Of a DNA stretch of 62,519 nt, positions 56,795-62,519 are shown in pieces. Made by a program: the position numbers and the translations under genes. Numbering within the stretch: the stretch's first letter is position 1; every line of letters begins with the position of its first letter. Below the pieces are notes generated by a model. That model was given only the letters and a program-made list of their open reading frames with translations, was not told the origin of the DNA and did not search any database. The DNA is from an uncultured bacterium (GTDB lineage Bacteria > Armatimonadota > Hebobacteria > CAYNSX01): contig CAYNSX010000003.1 of the NCBI GenBank assembly GCA_964400165.1, positions 1 to 62,519 on the forward strand, read 5' to 3'.

Positions 56795-57244
56795 CTAAGT
56801 CACCCGGAAGATGAGCTTGTAGGTGCCGATGCAGATTTCATCGCGGTCTTGCAACGGCTCCTCTTTGATGAGCGGCTCGTCATTGAGGAGGGTGCCGTTG
56901 GTGCTGCCCTCATCGGCAATGAAGTAGCGGTCGCCCTCGCGGCGGATGCGGGCGTGCTGGCGCGAGACGGCGTTGTCGGGCAGGACGATGTGACAGCCCC
57001 GCCGCCGCCCAACGATCGTCAGGTCGCCGAGGTCCACGATGTTGTCCACCTGCTCGCCCTGCGGGTCGATGAGCCAGACACGCGCGGTCCCCGGCGGGGC
57101 GTGCGTCTCGGCGCTCAAGAAGCGGAGCAGCATCGTCTCCTCTTCGTCGGGCGGGGGCGGCGGGTCGCCGAGCGCCAGGCCGCACTGATGGCAAAAGCGG
57201 CTGTCGTCGGGGTTGTCGGAACCGCATCGGGGGCAGGGGCGCAT
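56795..57244 (-). CDS. Zinc-ribbon + FHA domain protein
   Basis: CPRCG...CHQCG; FHA VGRRRGC, VSRQHARI, GSTNGT; stop lies 3 bp before the MraY-fusion start. Confidence 0.9.
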   Translation of the reverse strand: MRPCPRCGSDNPDDSRFCHQCGLALGDPPPPPDEEETMLLRFLSAETHAPPGTARVWLIDPQGEQVDNIVDLGDLTIVGRRRGCHIVLPDNAVSRQHARIRREGDRYFIADEGSTNGTLLNDEPLIKEEPLQDRDEICIGTYKLIFRVT

Positions 57245-57399
57245 ACTTTCGTTCCTCGTCTCCCAGCAAGCGCGATTGTGGAATGCGGAACGGCCGGTGT
57301 CAACGCAACCTCCCCGAGCGGCCCGAGAGACCCAGTCGGATCCGCCCCATCTCTTGTCCACTAGGAATGCGAACGCTGTAAGTTGTATGCTGCTCTCAG

Positions 57400-58629
57400 A
57401 TGATCCACCGTCTGGAAATCGAGGGATTTAAGAGTTTCGGGACACCAGGAGTCAGTCTCCAATTCACTGACTTGAACTTTCTGGTTGGCGCGAACTCGTC
57501 CGGCAAATCGAATCTCATCTCCGCGCTCCGGTTTGTACAAGACTGCGTCAACCAGAATGTTGAATACGCAGTCAACGAGCTCGGTGGTGGCGCAGAAGTA
57601 AGGAATAAGATTCTTCGTCAGCGGACCGATCCAAAGCCCGTTCGATTCAAGATCATTGGCACCCCAAGCGGGACCTTAGGGCGCAGGTCGCGTTCTGTCC
57701 CCTTTGCTATCGGCCGCTGGCATTCGATGTCGTTCACATATGAAGTCAAACTTGATCTTCGATCAGAAGACGGCATCCCAGTGATCGAATCCGAAGTTTT
57801 CACCGCGGAGTCGAAAGATAAGAACACGAGCCGGAAGCAAGAGTATCTACTCGCGCGGGACGAAAAGTTTATTGAGATCAAAGATCCAACGCGACCGGAC
57901 TACTTTCCTGGGAAGATAGCCATTGATGAGCCTGAAAGCACAAGGCTCGCTCTTGGGAAAGGATTCTTTGGCACACCACCTACACTTTTGCGCAGAGAAA
58001 TTGAGAGTTGGCGATTCTACAATGTCAGCCCGTCTGTCGCGAGACAGCCATCGAAGGAAACGGGCGATGTGGAATTGGGACCAGCTGGAGAAAATCTGGC
58101 GGTAATTCTGCATCGAATTGAGAAAGAGAATTCCGTGCATCTCCAGGCCATCTTGCACGGTTTGAGAGGTGTAGTCCCGGGTTTCAAAGGGATTCGAACA
58201 AGACAACTGCCCGTGGAAACCAAATGGGCGTTTCAAGTTCTTGAAGATAAGATCCGTGGGGCAATCAATCCATCATCTGTTTCTGATGGCACAATCAGGC
58301 TCCTGACACTCCTAGTGATCACCACCTGGTCGTCGCGCTATTCAGCTTTGGTGGCAGTCGAAGAACCAGAAAACGGGCTGCATCCCCATCTCTATGATCA
58401 TGTTGTCAATCTTTTCAGGGAAGCAAGCCAACATAGGCAATTCATAGTGGCCACTCATAATCCCTCTTTTCTCGACCAATTATCTCCAGAAGAAGTATTC
58501 CTGTGCGACAAGCTCGAAGGTTTCACCCAGATTCGCGTTGCATCAAGCCTCAAAATGATTCAGAGTTTTAAGAAGCATTTTCAGTTGGGTGAACTGTGGA
58601 TCCAGGGGGTCCTCGGGGCCAACCCATGA
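57400..58629 (+). CDS. ABC-type AAA ATPase (AAA_15/AAA_21, OLD/AriA-like)
   Basis: IEGFKSF, Walker A GANSSGKS, signature VSDGT, Walker B/D-loop VEEPENGLHP, H-loop ATHNP; AT-richer (29/60 GC in line 58501). Confidence 0.9.
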   Translation: MIHRLEIEGFKSFGTPGVSLQFTDLNFLVGANSSGKSNLISALRFVQDCVNQNVEYAVNELGGGAEVRNKILRQRTDPKPVRFKIIGTPSGTLGRRSRSVPFAIGRWHSMSFTYEVKLDLRSEDGIPVIESEVFTAESKDKNTSRKQEYLLARDEKFIEIKDPTRPDYFPGKIAIDEPESTRLALGKGFFGTPPTLLRREIESWRFYNVSPSVARQPSKETGDVELGPAGENLAVILHRIEKENSVHLQAILHGLRGVVPGFKGIRTRQLPVETKWAFQVLEDKIRGAINPSSVSDGTIRLLTLLVITTWSSRYSALVAVEEPENGLHPHLYDHVVNLFREASQHRQFIVATHNPSFLDQLSPEEVFLCDKLEGFTQIRVASSLKMIQSFKKHFQLGELWIQGVLGANP

Positions 58630-59198
58630 CGATCGGCGTAGGCGTGGAAGGTCCGTCTGACAGGGATTTCTGGAACAAAGTGCTCCATAAACACTTCCGG
58701 CGATTTCAATTTGACATTCGCAACATGAAGAGTCGCGCAAAGTTAATCGAAAGCACTCCGACACTGTTGGAATCCTTCAAGAATCTTCATTACCGTGCTG
58801 GGTTCATTCTGGTCGACAGAAACGACAGTCGATGTCCAACCGAGGTGCTGGGAGAGTTTGACGCGCATGTTCAGCTGGAGGCCAAACGGCCGATCAATCA
58901 GAGATATTTGCACATCTGCATTGCGATTAGAGAATTGGAGGCTTGGTTTTTGGCCGACGAAGCTGGAATCAATGCCGTGTTGACGAAATCGGAATACGGC
59001 GCGTCGAGCGAGACGGGCTTGGTCAGCGCGGAAGGAATGCTCAAAACTCTTTGGCAGAAGAATTTCGGCAAGGGAGTCGCAATCAACAAGATTGAATTCG
59101 CGAGAATGATGGCGCCAAAGTTTGATCCTGGTTGCGCTTTGAACCGTTCGAGCTCATTCAAGCACTTCTGGGGCAGACTCAGAGCTGCATGCAGATAG
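58626..59198 (+). CDS. DUF4276/TOPRIM-like nuclease partner
   Basis: VGVEGPSD (TOPRIM ExxxD), ILVDRND, RELEAWFLAD; ATG overlaps the ATPase stop (ATGA); AT-richer. Confidence 0.75.
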   Translation: MTIGVGVEGPSDRDFWNKVLHKHFRRFQFDIRNMKSRAKLIESTPTLLESFKNLHYRAGFILVDRNDSRCPTEVLGEFDAHVQLEAKRPINQRYLHICIAIRELEAWFLADEAGINAVLTKSEYGASSETGLVSAEGMLKTLWQKNFGKGVAINKIEFARMMAPKFDPGCALNRSSSFKHFWGRLRAACR

Positions 59199-59279
59199 AG
59201 CGCTTAATGCCGGGTCGCCCTGGGTGCCCACATGGTAACAGCGCAGGAACAGCGGGCCCGCCCGCCGAACTCTGCGCCC

Positions 59280-59444
59280 ATGGCCGACGCGCAGACGACG
59301 GAACCCTCGGAACCGAAGGAGCGCACCTTTTGCTTCCGCTGCTCGATTGTCAGCAGCCAGCGGCTGCTGCTGCGCGCCGAATTCGAGGGCGAACTGGTCT
59401 GGATTTGCGTCACTTGTCTGCGGCAGATGCTGCAGTCGCGCTGA
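59280..59444 (+). CDS. Small C4 zinc-finger-like protein (54 aa)
   Basis: CFRC...WICVTC; high-GC host-like codons; start could be 59232. Confidence 0.55.
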   Translation: MADAQTTEPSEPKERTFCFRCSIVSSQRLLLRAEFEGELVWICVTCLRQMLQSR

Positions 59445-59476
59445 ACGCGCGCTGCGTCGCAACACACACGATTTCC

Positions 59477-59505
59477 TTGCCGCCCTGCGCGGGCGGTGCT
59501 ATGCT
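59477..59505 (+). promoter_or_regulatory. Putative extended -10 sigma70 promoter upstream of the GNAT gene
   Basis: TTGCCG-N17-TATGCT with TG at the extended -10 position. Confidence 0.55.
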
Positions 59506-59688
59506 CCGCGTGAGAGAGGCCGGCATGAGTGAGCCCCGCAGTCCGCAGCGCTTTGGCCGCCCGCGACCGCGGCGCCCTGACCCCCGCGGCAGCCAGCGCC
59601 CCCGCCTGTAATCCCCGCGGTCCCGTGCTCGGCTCTGTGTTTCTGAACACTTTCTGCCGTCTGCCTGCTGCCCACCGCCGGAGTCCCT

Positions 59689-62519
59689 ATGGCCATCCGC
59701 ATCCGCGACTATCACCCTGACGACGCTGGCGGCATCGCCGACCTGTGGCGCGCCAGTGATGCGGCTTGGCCCGGCGGGCTGACCGGCGGCGCGCCCGTCT
59801 CGGCCGACAAGGTGCGCGAGCGCGAAGGCCGCGAAACATATGAGGCCTTCATGGTCGCCGAAGACGATCACCAGATTGTCGGCTATTGGAAAGTGAAGGC
59901 CTCGCCCGACCGCAAGGCGCTCATCGGCGATTTCATCAATGTCCACCCGGCCTATCACGGCAAAGGCATCGGCAAAGCGTTTCAGATGAAGTTTCTCGAA
60001 ATCGCCCTCGCCCGCGGGTTCGAGCGCATGGAACTCGGCACCTGGGCAGGCAACCTGAAGGCGGTGCCGCTCTACAAACGCACCGGCTTCTTTTGGATTC
60101 CCGAGTCCAGCGTTGAGATGCGCAGTTACCTGCCGCAAGTGCTGCGGCTCTCGGGCGCGCAGGGATTCTTCAACCGGCACCCGTGGTATGACACTTTCGA
60201 CCGCTCCATCGAGGTCAAGCCCGACGACGAGAAGTGGGAGGGCGTGCCCGCTTTCCGCTATCGCTGGCATGCTGACGGCGAGGTCATCGAAGTCATCGCC
60301 GACCCGCGCTCCGACGGCCTGACCGCATACGAGGACAGCCGCATCGCCATCGCCTGCGTGCTCGGCAAAGAGGAACTCACCGGCGGCGTCGCACAGCGAT
60401 TCGAAGTGCGCTTGCGCAATGCGGGCCCGGCGCCGGTCCCCGTCACGCTGTTCATCGAGGGGGATGAAGGCGCGACCTTCAGCGCCGTCGAATCGTTCAC
60501 GCTCGGCGACACGCGGACACTCTCGTACGACATCACGCCGAATCCGGAGGCGCCCGCCACGCCGCCCGGCCGCCGCGGCTATGCGCTGACCACCCGCGCG
60601 GTCATCGGCGATCAGGCGCTCACCTTGCGCACCGGGTTCACCATTCAGCAGCCCGTCGACATCGAGTGGGCGCTGCCGCCGGCGCCGGCGCGTCCCGGCA
60701 CAACCGTGGAACGCGACCTGGTCATTCTGAATCACCTCGACGAGCCGCTTACTGGTGTCGTGGAGCTGCCCTCGTCGGAGTCGGTTCACCTCTCCCCGAC
60801 GCACACCAACATCACGCTGCCGCCGCGCGGCCGGGTGAGTGTGCGGGTCACGCTGCGCGCCGAGGCGCCGGGCGGCTATGTGCTGCGGCCGCGGCTGCGC
60901 TGGCAGCGGCCGGCGGGCGAGGTCTCCACGCGGCGCTTCCCGCTCCCATTCCACTCTTCGCTGCCCGACCAGCCGACGGTCTCGCTCGACGAAGAGCGCG
61001 CCTCGCTGCGCAATGACTGGCTGCACCTCGAGAATCACCACGCCGGCGGGCGCTGGGAACGCTCCGGCTTCCGGCTCGAGGACGCCGTGACCGGCGAAGC
61101 GGCGCTCTTCTTCCCCTTCCCCGCCGCCGGGCCGCCGTTCGACGATCCGGAAAACCTGCCGGCGCCGGTCGTCCGCGTCGGCACGGACGACCGCACCGCG
61201 TGGGCCGAGTTCGACATCGCCGGTCGCAGCCGACCCGAGACACGGCTCGTCTGCCGCTACACCCTCGGCGCCGAGCCGTTCGTGCGCATTGATTGCACCG
61301 TCCTCGGCGCCGCGCCGGGTGAAGAAGTGCTGGTGCACCAGACGCTGCGGCGCGGGTGGGAATCCGCGCCGGGGCAGCGGGCGCTGTGGGCGCCGCTGCG
61401 CGAGGGCGTCGTCTCGCGGCGCGGCTCGCCCATCGTGGACTTCCCCGGCGGTGAGAGCGACTTGCCGCGCGAGCCGGATGCCTACGCGCAAGGATGGTTC
61501 GCATGGGGCGACCGGCGGGGCACGGTACTGGCCTGGCTTTTCGATGACGCCACCGAGTGCACGCCTGGGCGCGTGACGCTGCGCACGCCCGACCACCCGG
61601 AAGCGACCGTCGCGCGCACTCGCCCGCTCCACCTGGCGCTCTGCCCTGGCGACCACCGCGTGATCGCCCGCCTCCACGAACGCCTCTATGCATTGGGCGC
61701 TGCGCCCGACCCCGCGCCCGTCTTCGAAGTGACAACCGGCATGCCGGTGCCCGCCACCGCCACCAGCGAATGGCGGTTCCCGGTCGTCGTGCACAACCGC
61801 CGCGAGCAGCCGCTCGACGGGACGCTCGCCTTCACTCCGCCCGACGGCCTGCAATGCGATCCGCCGGTGGTGGCGCTGGCAGGCGTGACGCGCACCGCGC
61901 CGCACGAGACGGCGCTGCATGTCGAGGGGACTGGCGCGCCGGGCGTCGTGCTCTTGCCGGCGAGCGTCACCACTCCGCTGTTCACCGAAGACCTGGAACT
62001 CCCCGTCTGGCGAACGGGCGATGCTGCGCATCCGGTTCGCATTTCACACGACGGCGACTCGCATTGGCTCGATAGCGGCCGGGCGCGCGTCCGCGTGTCG
62101 CCCGGCTTTCAGGCGAGCGTCACCGCGTTTGAGGCGCTTGGAGCCAGTCACCTGGACACCGCATATCCCACGGGCCGCGCCTGGGGCTGGCGCAACCCGT
62201 GGTTCGGCGGCATCGCCGTGAACCTCGGCGAATGGGGCGATTGGCCGCTGCAAAACCAGGCATTCGACGCCGAAGAAGTCACGCGGCGCGGCGCGCAGGG
62301 CATCCCGTGGGGCGGGCTGTGTCTGGGAGCGGAGCTGGAGCATAAGTCCTGCCGCGGCCTGCGCGTCGAAGTGGAGTACTTGCTTCCGGCCGGCGGCGAG
62401 ACCTTGGCGCTCGTCTACCGGCTCATCAACCTGACAGATGGGCATTGGCCGGTGGTCGGGCCCATTGTGGAATGCTTCCCCGCCGTTGGCGGCACGATTG
62501 AAGGCACGCGCGCGTATGT
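59689..62519 (+). CDS. Very large GNAT-family N-acetyltransferase with Ig-like C-terminal domains (partial, runs off the right edge)
   Basis: GGAG SD and ATG 59689; I read the frame with no stop for 943 codons; VHPAYHGKGIGK acetyl-CoA motif A, TWAGNLKAVPLYKRTGFFW; absent from the ORF track because it has no stop in the window. Confidence 0.88.
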   Translation, partial: MAIRIRDYHPDDAGGIADLWRASDAAWPGGLTGGAPVSADKVREREGRETYEAFMVAEDDHQIVGYWKVKASPDRKALIGDFINVHPAYHGKGIGKAFQMKFLEIALARGFERMELGTWAGNLKAVPLYKRTGFFWIPESSVEMRSYLPQVLRLSGAQGFFNRHPWYDTFDRSIEVKPDDEKWEGVPAFRYRWHADGEVIEVIADPRSDGLTAYEDSRIAIACVLGKEELTGGVAQRFEVRLRNAGPAPVPVTLFIEGDEGATFSAVESFTLGDTRTLSYDITPNPEAPATPPGRRGYALTTRAVIGDQALTLRTGFTIQQPVDIEWALPPAPARPGTTVERDLVILNHLDEPLTGVVELPSSESVHLSPTHTNITLPPRGRVSVRVTLRAEAPGGYVLRPRLRWQRPAGEVSTRRFPLPFHSSLPDQPTVSLDEERASLRNDWLHLENHHAGGRWERSGFRLEDAVTGEAALFFPFPAAGPPFDDPENLPAPVVRVGTDDRTAWAEFDIAGRSRPETRLVCRYTLGAEPFVRIDCTVLGAAPGEEVLVHQTLRRGWESAPGQRALWAPLREGVVSRRGSPIVDFPGGESDLPREPDAYAQGWFAWGDRRGTVLAWLFDDATECTPGRVTLRTPDHPEATVARTRPLHLALCPGDHRVIARLHERLYALGAAPDPAPVFEVTTGMPVPATATSEWRFPVVVHNRREQPLDGTLAFTPPDGLQCDPPVVALAGVTRTAPHETALHVEGTGAPGVVLLPASVTTPLFTEDLELPVWRTGDAAHPVRISHDGDSHWLDSGRARVRVSPGFQASVTAFEALGASHLDTAYPTGRAWGWRNPWFGGIAVNLGEWGDWPLQNQAFDAEEVTRRGAQGIPWGGLCLGAELEHKSCRGLRVEVEYLLPAGGETLALVYRLINLTDGHWPVVGPIVECFPAVGGTIEGTRAY

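Noticed and set aside
57380-59230. Prophage, IS or integrative element boundaries around the AT-richer island
   Set aside because: No integrase, transposase, tRNA target, terminal inverted repeats or direct repeats were found
59410-62031. 873-aa minus-strand ORF
   Set aside because: Shadow of the plus-strand GNAT gene, which has an SD, family motifs and typical codon usage
1-62519. Taxonomic assignment (some genes recall Armatimonadota or other Terrabacteria)
   Set aside because: No marker gene analysis is possible here; this is only an impression

Overview
High-GC bacterial chromosomal window with dense, mostly operonic coding. I found no rRNA, tRNA, CRISPR array, integrase or transposase. 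Left to right: (1) A minus-strand phenylacetyl-CoA (paa) catabolic cluster of about 13 kb: a ring-hydrolase-like crotonase, paaABCD, paaF, paaG, paaH, a paaJ-type thiolase and an aldehyde dehydrogenase. No paaE, paaZ or paaK is in the window. The cluster is interrupted by a solo HicB, an SQR-like flavoprotein, an AT-richer PD-(D/E)XK nuclease, a BtuF-like protein and several families of palindromic REP-like repeats. (2) An EthD protein, a tandem-ABM protein, an ORFan lipoprotein, an M61 peptidase and threonine synthase. (3) A mosaic NHL/FN3/HExxH secreted protein coupled to a three-subunit xanthine/aldehyde-oxidoreductase-family molybdoenzyme, then an HD-GYP/GAF/GGDEF protein, a penicillin-acylase-family enzyme, moeA-moaC-mog, two trkA genes, pfkA and a K+-independent H+-PPase. 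(4) mgtE, uppP, an AI-2E transporter, wecB, a WecA/TagO-like transferase, a dCMP deaminase and an orphan histidine kinase. (5) A putative RNA-processing operon: an MBL hydrolase, an in-frame YqgF/RuvX-CCA nucleotidyltransferase fusion, a receiver-less wHTH protein and ychF. (6) TlpA-iscS, then an FHA protein with a 970-aa MraY-TPR-AmgK-like kinase fusion. (7) An AT-richer ABC-ATPase plus TOPRIM/DUF4276-like pair that is a candidate anti-phage module, and a giant GNAT protein running off the right edge. The best novelty candidates are the MraY-kinase fusion with its FHA partner, the YqgF-CCA fusion, the ATPase-TOPRIM pair and the non-canonical paa pathway. All family assignments come from motif recognition by eye; no database searches were run.
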